A stretch of 64,000 nt of DNA from Candidatus Marinacidobacterales bacterium (lineage in GTDB: Bacteria; Acidobacteriota; Vicinamibacteria; Marinacidobacterales; SMYC01). A program made the translations under genes and the position numbers. The notes beneath the pieces were generated by a model. The model did no database searches and had not been told where the DNA came from. It worked only from the letters and a program-made list of their open reading frames with translations. This document shows positions 41,930-51,699 of this stretch, piece after piece. How positions within the stretch are numbered: the stretch's first letter is position 1; the number at the start of each line of letters is the position of its first letter. The DNA is taken from contig OZ250169.1 in assembly GCA_965237955.1 (NCBI GenBank), positions 4,864,001-4,928,000 of the forward strand, read 5' to 3'.

Positions 41930-43558
41930 GCCTCTCCTGCCATTTCAGTGGATCCTCTCGAGGGTGAGACCGCCACAGTTTAGGTAGACGAGACTGATGA
42001 GAGCTTCGGCAGAGTGGAGTCCAAAGCTGCGGTGGCTCAGCAGCCGGATTTTGTTGTTCATTCCTTCGAGTCGGCCGTTGCTGAGTCTCCACGTGACCCA
42101 CGCGATGACGCCATCGAAGTGGCTGCGGATCATCTTCGCCGCGCGTTTGACGGGCTCTATCCTCGAGCTCATAGCGCGCCGCAGCCATCCTCGGAGAAAC
42201 TTCTTGGCCCATGTCTCGGTTTTGTAGGTGTAGAGGTCCATGAAGTTGTCGCGCAGAAGCATGGCGCGGTAGAGGCGACGATTAGCTCGCACCTGCTCGC
42301 GGAGCACCCGTTTGTCTTTCGCGCTGCGGTTGTGTTTGGCCTTGAGAAGGGGAAACTTGGTGTTCTTGAGGTTGTGCCGGGCAGTCCCTTTGAGCTCGCG
42401 CACCAGCTCGCGCCGGGTCTTATCCACGGCCTCGTTCAGATGCTTGACGATGTGGAAGCGGTCAAAGATCACCCGTGCCTGAGGAGCCTTTTTGCCGACG
42501 ACAGTTATGTACGGCTCCCACATGTCCATGCTGACCGCTTCGAGCTCCGCGGCTCTTTGTGGTCCGAGCTTGCGGAAAAACCGCAGCAGCGTCTTGGCCT
42601 TGCGCTCCTTTCCCGCCCAGACGACCCGGCCGCTGAGATGGTCTATTACCACTGTTAAGTACTTGTGGCGTTTGCGGTAGCTGATCTCGTCCATCCCAAT
42701 CACCCGCAATCCATCGAGCTCGCGCCGCTCATCCCGCTGCTCGGCAACCACTCGCTGGATGATCCGTCGCACCGAACGCCACGTCACTCGGAAATAGTTC
42801 GCTACGGCGCTGACGTCCGTCCTCTGTGCCAGCCACGCTACCTCTTGTTCGAAGCTTTTGGTAAAGCGGCTTCCCTTGTCTGCCCAAGGCACCTTTTCTC
42901 TGACCACTCCACACCGCCGACATACCACTCGTCGGATCGAGTAGCGAAGATAGGTCCGGACTCCGAACAGGTCCAAGTGCCGCCAGTAGCGATTGTAGCG
43001 ATCTTTGTTCTTGCGGACCTTTCGTCCGCAAATCCCGCACAGAGGCTTCCTCCTCCGTGGTACTACATCCACCACCACTCTGGCTTTGTCCGCCTGGAAG
43101 TGGAAACCTCGGACCCACAGGCCTTGCAATCCGATGAGCTTGTTGACTAACGTAGTAACGCGCATCGCGGGAACGCTCTTTTCTCTTTCGGAAAAAAAGA
43201 TTCTAGCGTTCTCGCCGATGCGCATCTACACATGGCTTACCCTCTCAACCCACGGGCCTCACCAAATGCCACTGCCCCTCAGCGGGAGACAAGGCTGTGG
43301 GAAACGCCCCCACGGTTCTGGTCGTTCAGACCTTGCTCACGACTGAGTTCTCTTCGAAGCCTGGAAGGGCGTTTTCCATAGCCTCCACTAATCGAGCCCC
43401 CCCTTCCTTATTCCATATGAATTAATCTTTCTTGTATATATATCAGGAGGGGCCTGTGGGCGCTCGTGGGAAACGCGAAGCGTTTTCCACAATCGCGGCA
43501 GCGTCCATAGGCCATGCCCTCCAACACAAATCAGATCCCCCGAAACGACAGGAGAACC
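41930..43558 (-). mobile_element. ISL3 family element 1
   Basis: IRs GCCTCTCCTGCCATTTCAGTGGATC and GGTTCTCCTGTCGTTTCGGGGGATC; 8-bp TSD AAAAAAAA. Confidence 0.88.
41945..43165 (-). CDS. ISL3 family transposase
   Basis: Zn finger CxxC...CxxC; GMDE, SMDMW, FDRFH and LEGMNNKI motifs. Confidence 0.92.
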   Translation of the reverse strand: MRVTTLVNKLIGLQGLWVRGFHFQADKARVVVDVVPRRRKPLCGICGRKVRKNKDRYNRYWRHLDLFGVRTYLRYSIRRVVCRRCGVVREKVPWADKGSRFTKSFEQEVAWLAQRTDVSAVANYFRVTWRSVRRIIQRVVAEQRDERRELDGLRVIGMDEISYRKRHKYLTVVIDHLSGRVVWAGKERKAKTLLRFFRKLGPQRAAELEAVSMDMWEPYITVVGKKAPQARVIFDRFHIVKHLNEAVDKTRRELVRELKGTARHNLKNTKFPLLKAKHNRSAKDKRVLREQVRANRRLYRAMLLRDNFMDLYTYKTETWAKKFLRGWLRRAMSSRIEPVKRAAKMIRSHFDGVIAWVTWRLSNGRLEGMNNKIRLLSHRSFGLHSAEALISLVYLNCGGLTLERIH

Positions 43559-43568
43559 AAAAAAAACT

Positions 43569-44952
43569 GGGTCTACGCGGAAATCTGTGGGCGAATGCTG
43601 ACGGAGAAATAGTGTAACTCATTGTGTGGAAAAGGTATTCAGCACTTCATCAGGTGCTGAGAAGTGATCCGTTTTTAGGATAGGCTAACCGAGTGAAAAA
43701 TCCCCAGTCGATCCGCTCGCTTTTTGCGCTACCAGGTTTCGTGGCTGGCGCCCGATTGAACGGTGTATTCGGTGACCGATACGCCCGCGTCATCCAGCTC
43801 AAGAGGCGAAAAAAACAGCCGTGTGCTCGTACTGTGGGCATCGGTGCCGGGGGCGCTATGACAAGCAAGTGTGCCGGGTCCGCGACCTGTCGTTGGCAGG
43901 CTGGCGGATCTATCTGGAATACGAGCGTTGGCGCGTCAACTGTCGTGGGTGCGGTGGTGTGCATGTAGAACACTTGGACTGGCTGGCGAACAACCCGCGC
44001 TACACCCAGCGCTTTGCGACGCATGTGGGCAAGCTGTGCCGGGATATGCCGAACAAGGCGGTGGCCGAGATGGAACGTCTGCACCACACTACGGTGAAGG
44101 ACCTGGATAAGCTCTACATGCAAGAGCAAGTCGAGCGGGCGGGGCTGCCGGCGCCTCGGGCCATCGGTATCGATGAGATCTCCATCCGCAAGGGACATAA
44201 CTATCGTGTCATTGTCAGCGACCTGGAGCGGGCGCGTCCCATCTGGGTGGGCGGTGAGGGTCGCAAAGAAACCGACATCGATTTGTTCTTCAAGGCGCTG
44301 GGCGGGAAGAAAAGCGCCCGTATCAAGCTGGCCGCCATGGATATGTGGAAGCCCTTCCGGAACTCGGTGATTAACAACGCACCCAATGCGCGGATCATCT
44401 TCGACAAGTTTCATATCATGCGTCACCTGTCAAAGGCTCTCGATGAGGTCCGGCGCCGTGAGTACAAACGCCTCAGCGGCGAGGACCGGTCGTATATCAA
44501 GGGGCAGCGTTACACGTTGCTTTCCCGGCGGGAGAACCTGAGCCTGGACGGTCGCCGCGCACTCAAGAAGTTGCTCCAGGCCAACCGGCGCCTGAACACC
44601 GCCTATGTTTTGAAGGAGGCCTTCGGGCAACTCTGGGATTACCGCACCGAACGCGGGGCTCGCGCCTTTTTCACACGTTGGAAAGACAGCCTCAAATGGC
44701 AGCGCCTGCATCCCTACCAGAAGTTCGCCGGAATGATTGAGTCCCATTGGGATGGTATCGCCTCCTACTGTCATCCTGAGAACAAAGTCAGTCTCGGACT
44801 GGTTGAAGGGGTCAACAACAAAATCCGTGTTCTGCAACGACGCGCCTACGGCTATCGTGACGAGGGATATCTCAAGCTGAAGATCGTGGCGGCATTCCTT
44901 CCGCCATTACCCAGAAATGCCGTTTTCAACCCACACGAACCCGCGTAGACCC
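43569..44952 (+). mobile_element. ISL3 family element 2
   Basis: IRs GGGTCTACGCGG and CCGCGTAGACCC; 8-bp TSD AAAAAACT. Confidence 0.9.
43693..44948 (+). CDS. ISL3 family transposase, probably expressed by -1 frameshift at A7 (~43809)
   Basis: Short ORF ...QLKRRKK joins TAVCSYCG...GIDE...MDMW...FDKFH...EGVNNKI. Confidence 0.85.
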
Positions 44953-45020
44953 AAAAAACTTGGGGAAGCCTGAGTGGTGCCTGGATTCCCCATGACCGTC
45001 GTGACGAGGTTGTCGACTTC

Positions 45021-45935
45021 GTGAACACAATCGCCACCAAGACCCAGCTTCCGGTCCAGCAGATCGTTCAGTGGTGCGGGATCGCTCGGGGCAAGTTCTA
45101 CGACTGGCGCAAGCGGTACGGGAAGGTGAATGAGCACAACGGCCTGGTGCCGCGGGATCACTGGATCGAAGAATGGGAGCGCCAGTCCGTGATCGACTAC
45201 TTCGACTGCCACCCACTGGACGGGTATCGCCGACTCACGTTCATGATGCTGGACGAAGACGTGGTGGCAGTTAGCCCCTCGACGACGTACCGGGTGTTGT
45301 CGAAGGCGGGTCGTCTGGACCGTTGGAACCCGAAGCCGTCGAAGAAGGGAACGGGCTTCGTTCAGCCGCTGCGAGCGCACCAGCACTGGCACACGGATAT
45401 CTCGTACTTGAACCTGGGTGGGACGTTCTACTACCTCTGCTCGTTTCTGGATGGTGCGAGCCGCGCGGTGGTTCACTGGGAGATTCGTGAGTCGATGACG
45501 GAAGCGGATGTGGAGTGCATCTTGGAGCGAGCAAAGGAGCGGTACCCCGATGCGCGGCCTCGAATCATCTCGGACAACGGTCCGCAGTACATCGCGAAGG
45601 ACTTCAAGGCATTCATCCGCATCTCAGGGATGACGCACGTGAGGACCGCGCCGTACTACCCGCAATCGAACGGGAAGATCGAGCGTTGGCACAAGACGAT
45701 AAAATCGGACGCCCTGCGTCCTGCCAGCCCCACGAGCCTCGAAGAGGCTCGCCGCTTGATGGAACGATTCGTCGAATATTACAACGGGGTTCGCCTGCAC
45801 AGCGCGATCGGCTACATTGCGCCGCTGGACTTCATGGATGGCAAGGCCACCCAGATCTGGTCGGAGCGAGACCGCAAACTCGAGCAGGCTCGGAAGCTGC
45901 GGCGTGAGCGCCGTGCGAACAAGGTGCCCGCATGA
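45021..45935 (+). CDS. IS3 OrfB DDE transposase domain
   Basis: GYRR, WHTDISY, SDNGPQY, QSNGKIER and HSAIGY motifs. Confidence 0.9.
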   Translation: MNTIATKTQLPVQQIVQWCGIARGKFYDWRKRYGKVNEHNGLVPRDHWIEEWERQSVIDYFDCHPLDGYRRLTFMMLDEDVVAVSPSTTYRVLSKAGRLDRWNPKPSKKGTGFVQPLRAHQHWHTDISYLNLGGTFYYLCSFLDGASRAVVHWEIRESMTEADVECILERAKERYPDARPRIISDNGPQYIAKDFKAFIRISGMTHVRTAPYYPQSNGKIERWHKTIKSDALRPASPTSLEEARRLMERFVEYYNGVRLHSAIGYIAPLDFMDGKATQIWSERDRKLEQARKLRRERRANKVPA

Positions 45936-45965
45936 ACACTCTGATCCCAGGAGCCCCACTCCGTT

Positions 45966-46096
45966 CCCTCTCGCCCACAAGCATTGAGTACCAGAGAGCG
46001 CAGGGGGCGTCAAGGGCGGCGAAGCCGGCGCGCGCAGCGCGCTTTACCCTTGACGCCCCCGAGCACTCTGGTACTCAATGCTTGTGGGCGAGAGGG
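45966..46096. repeat. Long palindrome in the IS3 3' non-coding end
   Basis: 31-bp perfect outer arms plus 14-bp perfect inner arms (46003-46016 and 46047-46060). Confidence 0.85.
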
Positions 46097-47242
46097 GACA
46101 TCCTGCCGCCGGGCGTTGCGTTAACGTCCAACCTCGCTGTCATCTTCACGCTGAACCAATACAGTCTGTTGCGGGGCTCATTTCGTCCAAACGAATCGAT
46201 CTGCCGACTACGCGCGCTGCACCGACAGCGCGGCAACCTCGTCGAGCAGGGTATTCGAGCCATTCATTGGATACAAAAGTCTCTCGACCAAATGAACGTG
46301 CAGGTTCATCATGCGGTGACCGATATTACCGGCAAGACCGGGATGCGCATCGTGCGCGCCATCGTCGATGGCGAGCGCGACCCGTTGAAGCTTGCTGCGT
46401 TGCGTGACCGACGCTGCAAGAAGAGTGAAGAGCAAATCGCGGAGCATCTGACCGGCAATTGGCGTGACGAGCATCTTTTCAACCTCGCATCCGCTCTGCG
46501 TTTCTACGATTTGCTGCAAGCTGAAATCCGACTCTTCGACCAGCGCATCCTTGAAGTGCTCACGGAACTTCAGCCGCCAGAACGTAGACTCGAAACCGTG
46601 CCAGCCCATCCCAAGCCACAAAAACGATACGACATGCGCAATCGAGGCGAAGACGAAATCCGCAACGAGCTGTGGCGTTTTGCTGGCCGTGACCTCACTC
46701 TGATTGATGGCATCAGTCCCACCACCGCCGCCATCATCCTCACCGAGATCGGATGCGACCTCTCCTATTTTCCCAGCGAAAAACACTTCGTCTCATGGCT
46801 ACGCCTCGTTCCACGTCGCCCTATCTCCGGCGGTAAGCAACTCAAAAAACGTCCCAATGGCACCGGCTCCAATCGTATCGCCGGGGCCCTGCGTATGGCC
46901 GCTGTAGCTCTCTCGCGATCCAAGACGGCCCTCGGGGCTTACTATCGCCGTGTCGCTCGTCGTAACGATGGGAATACCGCCGTCTTTGCTACCGCGCGCA
47001 AACTTGCCCAGCTCGTCTTCCGCTTGCTCAAGTTCGGACAAAACTACATCGACATCGGCGAGCAGGCCTTCGAAGAGCGCTTTCGCCAAAAACACTTCAA
47101 CGGCATAAGAAGAGCAGCCGAAGCGCTCGGTTTCACTCTCACTCCCAACGCCGTCGTAAATTAGTTTCCGGTCAGCTACGCCCCCGGCCGGAGGCCGGGC
47201 CTATCAAGTAGGAAACTACCAAAGCTGGTAGAAAGGTTGTCG

Positions 47243-47401
47243 GTGAAGGCTCCGGCAGCGAGCCCCGTACTGTCATTGGTGCATGATGCCCCAGGGTCAG
47301 CTTGGGTCCGAGCCGGCTCCCTATCATTGGCGAGGCTTCCAACGAAAGCACTCCCCACGGTCAGAATCCATTCGATCGCCATCTCGGGCCGGAGCCTTCG
47401 C
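47243..47401 (+). ncRNA. Putative bridge/seek RNA of IS110 element B
   Basis: Stem GTGAAGGCTCCGGC/GCCGGAGCCTTCGC; CCCTATCA (47319-47326) and CGGTCAGA (47358-47365) flank an inner hairpin. Confidence 0.7.
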
Positions 47402-47427
47402 TCACAAAATACACTTGAGGTGAGCGA

Positions 47428-48812
47428 ATGAACAAACGAAGGAAGAGCAAAGCGGCGAAGCGTCTCTCACGGAATTCCCTGCCGTCGATACGACCGATGG
47501 TAGCGGGCATCGATCTCGGGAGTCGAGAGCATTGGGTCTGCGGTCCGCAGCTAGCTGATGGTCGGCCGAACGTGCGGGTGTTTTCCACGACAACGCCGGC
47601 GCTGGTTGAGCTTGCGGATTGGCTTATCGAGCAAGGTGTGGAGTCGGTGGCGATGGAAAGCACCCACGTCTATTGGATTCCGGTTTATGAGTTGCTCGAA
47701 TCCCGTGGTATCGAGGTCGTTCTTGTCAACGCTCGGCAGCTGAAGAACGTTCCGGGTCGCAAAACCGATATGCAAGATTGTCAATGGCTGCAGACGTTAC
47801 ACAGCTGCGGACTTCTGCGTGGCTCGTTTCGCCCGGGGGAGTCGATTTGCCGATTACGCTCGATGCACCGGCAGCGTCAAGAACTAATCGAGCATCGGGG
47901 CCAAGCCGTCCAATGGATGCAGAAGGCTCTGGACCAGATGAACGTGCAAGTCCACCGTGCGGTGACCGACATTACCGGTAAGACCGGAATGCTCATCGTT
48001 CGTGCCATCGTTTCTGGCGAACGTGACCCGATGAAGCTCGCCGAGTTTCGAGATCATCGATGCAAGAAAAGCGTAGACGAAATCGCAGAGCATCTCACCG
48101 GCACTTGGCGTGACGAGCATCTTTTCAATCTCGCATCGGCGCTGCGCCTTTACGATGTGCTACAAGCCGAAATCGAACTCTACGACCAGCGTCTATCCGT
48201 GAAGTGGTCATCGAGCTTCAGCCGACCGAGCGCAGACACGACAGTGTGCCCGCTCATCCGAACCCGAACAAGCAAAGCGCCATGCGGCGCCGCGGCGAGC
48301 AGGAACAGCGAACCGAACTGTGGCGTTTTGCTGGATGCGATCTCACCCGCATCGACGGCATCAGCCCCGATACCGCCGCGATCCTACTCACCGAGGTCGG
48401 GTTCGACCTCTCTGCCTTCCCCAGTGAAAATCACTTTGTCTCGTGGCTCCGTCTTGCGCCGCGCCGCCCCATCTCGGGTGGAAAGCTACTCTACAAACGC
48501 CCCAATGGCACCGGCTCCAACCGTATCGCCGGTGCCTTACGCATGGCTGCATTGTCACTCAACCGTTCGAAGACCGCACTTGGTGCTTACTATCGCCGCA
48601 TCGCCCGACGTAAAGACGCTAAAACCGCGATCTTTGCCACCGCAAGAAAGCTCGCTCAGCTCGTCTTCCGCATGCTCAAATATGGTCACGAATACACAGA
48701 CATCGGTGCATCTGCCTTCGAGGAGCGCTTTCGCCGAAACCACATCAACGGCTTGCGAAAGGCAGCCGAAAAGCTCGGCTTTACACTCACTCCCGAGGCT
48801 GCTGCAAAGTAG
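47428..48812 (+). pseudogene. IS110 family recombinase B, frameshifted near 48192
   Basis: Full DEDD N-domain in ORF 47428; C-domain with ISGGK in ORF 48204-48812; two extra nt relative to paralog A. Confidence 0.88.
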
Positions 48813-48873
48813 TTTCCGGTCAGATTTCTTGATGTTGCGTAATCGCGGGAGATGAGGAGAGGTTCAGAGAGTC

Positions 48874-49324
48874 TCACGAACAGCAGCTGGGCTCGCAACA
48901 GGGTTCTTCGGTCTTCGCCGCTTGCACGGCCGGATCGCTTTCGTCGGTGACGTCGCCTTCCTTCACGACGAACACTTCCCAGCGGTAGCCGTTGGGATCG
49001 CTGACCCACACCTTGTCTTGGAGCGCGTAGCAACAGACAGTGTCGTTTTCTTCGAGGGTCTCGAAGCCGGCTTCGGAGAGACGCTTGGTTGCTTTGGCGA
49101 CCTCTTCCGCCGAGCTCACCTGAATACCTAGATGGTTGAGCGCACCCGGGTCGCGCGGCGCTTCCTTGCTTTTGTTGAGGGTGAAGTTGAGCCCGGGCTC
49201 TCGGAGCTCGAACTTCGCGTAGCCGGGTTTCAGCTTCACCGGCTCGCTGCCGAAAAAGCCCCGGTAGAAAGCGACTGGACTCGTCGAACTTGTTGGTGTT
49301 GAGAGCAACGTGAATCTTGTTCAT
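48874..49324 (-). pseudogene. ArsI/CadI family VOC metalloenzyme (C-As lyase-like), frameshifted near 49278
   Basis: MNKIHVALN...; YAKF...LNHLGIQV...CCYALQDKVWVSDPNG.WE; C-terminal CC pairs. Confidence 0.85.
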
Positions 49325-49401
49325 CTTTGCCTCCTATGGTTCTAGAAAAATCGAACTGTTTGGCGAAACCTGTGTCCCTGCGGTGGAAGACCTCATCGGA
49401 G

Positions 49402-49728
49402 TTATGCCTTTGCGGGGACGGAGATGTTGACGACGGGCTGGCGAGTGCAGCACTCGGCGTAGAGAAAGTTCAAGAGGACTTGGAGTTGCGCGGTGCCGGC
49501 GCGATAGCGGAGAAATCGGCCTTCGCGTTCCTGCTCGACGAGGTCTTCGTGGCGAAGTGCGTCGAGGTGGTGCGAGAGGGTGGACGCCGGGATAGCGAGC
49601 TCATCCTGCAGCTCGCCGACGACGAGCCCTCCGGGGTGCGCTGCGAGCAGGAGACGGATGATGGCGACCCGGTTTTCGTGCCCGAGGGCCGCGAACATGC
49701 GTGCTACCTCCGCTGACAGCTCATCCAT
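49402..49728 (-). CDS. arsR: ArsR/SmtB family regulator
   Basis: FAALGHENRVAIIRLL...STLSHHL...REGR...ECC. Confidence 0.88.
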   Translation of the reverse strand: MDELSAEVARMFAALGHENRVAIIRLLLAAHPGGLVVGELQDELAIPASTLSHHLDALRHEDLVEQEREGRFLRYRAGTAQLQVLLNFLYAECCTRQPVVNISVPAKA

Positions 49729-49797
49729 ATTTCGATTATTCCAGAACTATCGTTTCATGTCAAGTGAAATGTACAATGAATCTCGAGGAGGCGAAGA

Positions 49798-51432
49798 ATG
49801 AATCGCTTAGTCGTTGCATCGAGTCTGGTTGCTCTGCTGGTAGCATGTGAGGCGCCGCCACCTTATGAGGCTGACGAGACGGAAGTGGCGAGCCCGATGC
49901 AGCAGCGGCTCGCCAAGTACACCACCGTGCGGCTCACCGCAGATGTCGGCACGCTCTCGGAAGCCGAGCGCGCGATGATCCCGCATCTCATCCGCGCGGC
50001 GCAGGCGATGGAAGGTGCCTACTGGCAGCAGGCGTACGGCGATCGTGACGAGTTGATGGCCAGTCTCGAGGATGAAGACGCGCGCACATTCGCGGTGATC
50101 AATTTCGGCCCCTGGGATCGTTTGGCCAACAACGAGCCCTTCATCGACGGCGTCGAAGCGAAGCCCGCGGGCGCGAACTTCTATCCGGCCGACATGACGA
50201 AAGACGAGCTCGATGGTGCCGCGCTCGAAAGCCTGTACACGATGGTGCGCCGCGACGAAGAAGGCAATCTCACCGCGATCCCGTATTCCGTGTTTTTTGA
50301 AGATGCTTACGGCACCGCGGCGGAAGAGCTTCGCGCGGCGGCCGAGCTCGCCGAGGATCCAGGACTGAAACGCTACCTCGAGCTCCGTGCGGATGCACTC
50401 CTCAGCGACGACTATCGCGCGAGCGACATGGCGTGGATGGATATGAAAGACAACACGCTCGACATCGTCATCGGTCCAATTGAGACGTACGAGGATCAGT
50501 TGTTCGGTTTCAAAGCCGCGAACGAGTCGTTCGTGCTCGTGAAAGATCAAGAGTGGAGTAACCGGCTCTCCCGGTACGTGACCCTTCTACCCGAGCTTCA
50601 GAAGTCGATTCCGGTGGACGATGCTTACAAGCAGGAAACCCCGGGCCTCGACTCCGATTTGAACGCGTACGATGTCGTTTACTACGCGGGCGACGCGAAC
50701 GCGGGCTCGAAGGCGATCGCCGTCAACTTGCCGAACGATGAAGACGTTCAGCTGCAAAAGGGAACCCGACGACTGCAGCTCAAGAATGCCATGCGCGCGA
50801 AGTTCGACAAGATTCTTCTGCCGATAATAGACGCGCTCATCGCCGAGGAGCAGCGCTCGCTCGTCAACTTCGATGCGTTTTTTTCCAACATCATGTTCCA
50901 TGAAGTCGCGCACGGTCTCGGGATCAAGAACACGATCAACGGCCGAGGTCGGGTTCGCCAGGCGCTTCAGGAGCGCGCGTCCGCGCTCGAAGAAGCAAAA
51001 GCCGACGTCCTCGGTCTCTATATGATCACAGAGCTTGCGAACAAGGGTGAGCTCGACGACGACAACCTCGACGATAACTACGTCACGTTCCTGGCATCGA
51101 TCTTCCGCTCGGTTCGCTTCGGCGCGGCGAGCGCCCATGGTCGGGCGAACTTGATGCAGCTCAACTTTCTCGAAGAGAAAGGCGCGTTCTCGTACGATGC
51201 GGATTCAGGGACGTACGAAGTCGATCTCGAGACCATGGGCGACGCCGTCAACGAGCTCGCGGGCGTCATCTTGAAATTCCAGGGTGACGGCGACTACGAA
51301 GGGCTCGGGGAGTTCATGGAGACGTATCAGGTCGTCGGCGACGCGTTGCAGCAGAACCTCGATCGTCTCGGTGACGAAGGTATTCCTGTTGACGTCGTGT
51401 TCGAGCAAGGTGCGGACGTCCTCGGGCTCTAG
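49798..51432 (+). CDS. Dipeptidyl-peptidase III (M49)-like zinc peptidase lipoprotein
   Basis: Lipobox LVAC; GPIETYED, NLPND, HEVAHGLG and EEAKAD motifs. Confidence 0.88.
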   Translation: MNRLVVASSLVALLVACEAPPPYEADETEVASPMQQRLAKYTTVRLTADVGTLSEAERAMIPHLIRAAQAMEGAYWQQAYGDRDELMASLEDEDARTFAVINFGPWDRLANNEPFIDGVEAKPAGANFYPADMTKDELDGAALESLYTMVRRDEEGNLTAIPYSVFFEDAYGTAAEELRAAAELAEDPGLKRYLELRADALLSDDYRASDMAWMDMKDNTLDIVIGPIETYEDQLFGFKAANESFVLVKDQEWSNRLSRYVTLLPELQKSIPVDDAYKQETPGLDSDLNAYDVVYYAGDANAGSKAIAVNLPNDEDVQLQKGTRRLQLKNAMRAKFDKILLPIIDALIAEEQRSLVNFDAFFSNIMFHEVAHGLGIKNTINGRGRVRQALQERASALEEAKADVLGLYMITELANKGELDDDNLDDNYVTFLASIFRSVRFGAASAHGRANLMQLNFLEEKGAFSYDADSGTYEVDLETMGDAVNELAGVILKFQGDGDYEGLGEFMETYQVVGDALQQNLDRLGDEGIPVDVVFEQGADVLGL

Positions 51433-51699
51433 TCGAGGTCCGACGCTGTGAGGGGCCGTAGTGAGTCGAGCCCGTCTTCGGGCTCGGCGAAGATCTCGTC
51501 GAGCTCCCGGAGAACGTCGCGCTCCTGTTTCGAGCGCCGTATGCGGCATCGGATTTCCCAGTTGGGCCGCTCTCCGAGACGTCGAGGGTTCGATGTCGAT
51601 GAACCAGCCATCGCGCTCGACCTTGATGAGCCCGTTTCCCATGTTCGCCCCAACCCACATTATAGTAATGTACGCCGCGAGTCACTGAGGAGGATACGC

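Larger units (their letters stand above)
41567..46163 (+). mobile_element. IS3 family element (~1.57 kb net) containing two ISL3s
   Basis: IRs TATTTCGGTTCAGC and GCTGAACCAATACA; 4-bp TSD GTCT (41563-41566, 46164-46167). Confidence 0.9.
41178..47164 (+). pseudogene. IS110 family recombinase A, split by IS3 (41178-41566 + 46168-47164)
   Basis: AGIDIG, VAMESTYVYW, NVPGRKTDMQDC...HSCGL|LRGSFRP...ISGGK. Confidence 0.9.
40953..47174 (+). mobile_element. IS110-family (IS1111/ISPa11-like) element A, ~1.62 kb after removing the nested IS3
   Basis: Junctions cctaTCA|ggcgaGAAACTA and TAGTTTCcggTCAg; subterminal IR; upstream non-coding region; DEDD transposase. Confidence 0.85.
47205..48822 (+). mobile_element. 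IS110-family (IS1111/ISPa11-like) element B
   Basis: Junctions cctaTCA|agtaGGAAACTAC and GTAGTTTCCggTCAg; 9-bp subterminal IR. Confidence 0.88.

Noticed and set aside
45932-46167. ORF 45932-47164 as a novel N-terminally extended protein (also ORF 52410-53480)
   Set aside because: Chance read-through from the IS3 non-coding tail into the IS110 C-terminal half, or into the antisense of an rve gene
51429-51653. Small minus-strand ORF between the peptidase and the cupin
   Set aside because: Needs a frameshift to look plausible and has no recognisable motif; not supportable
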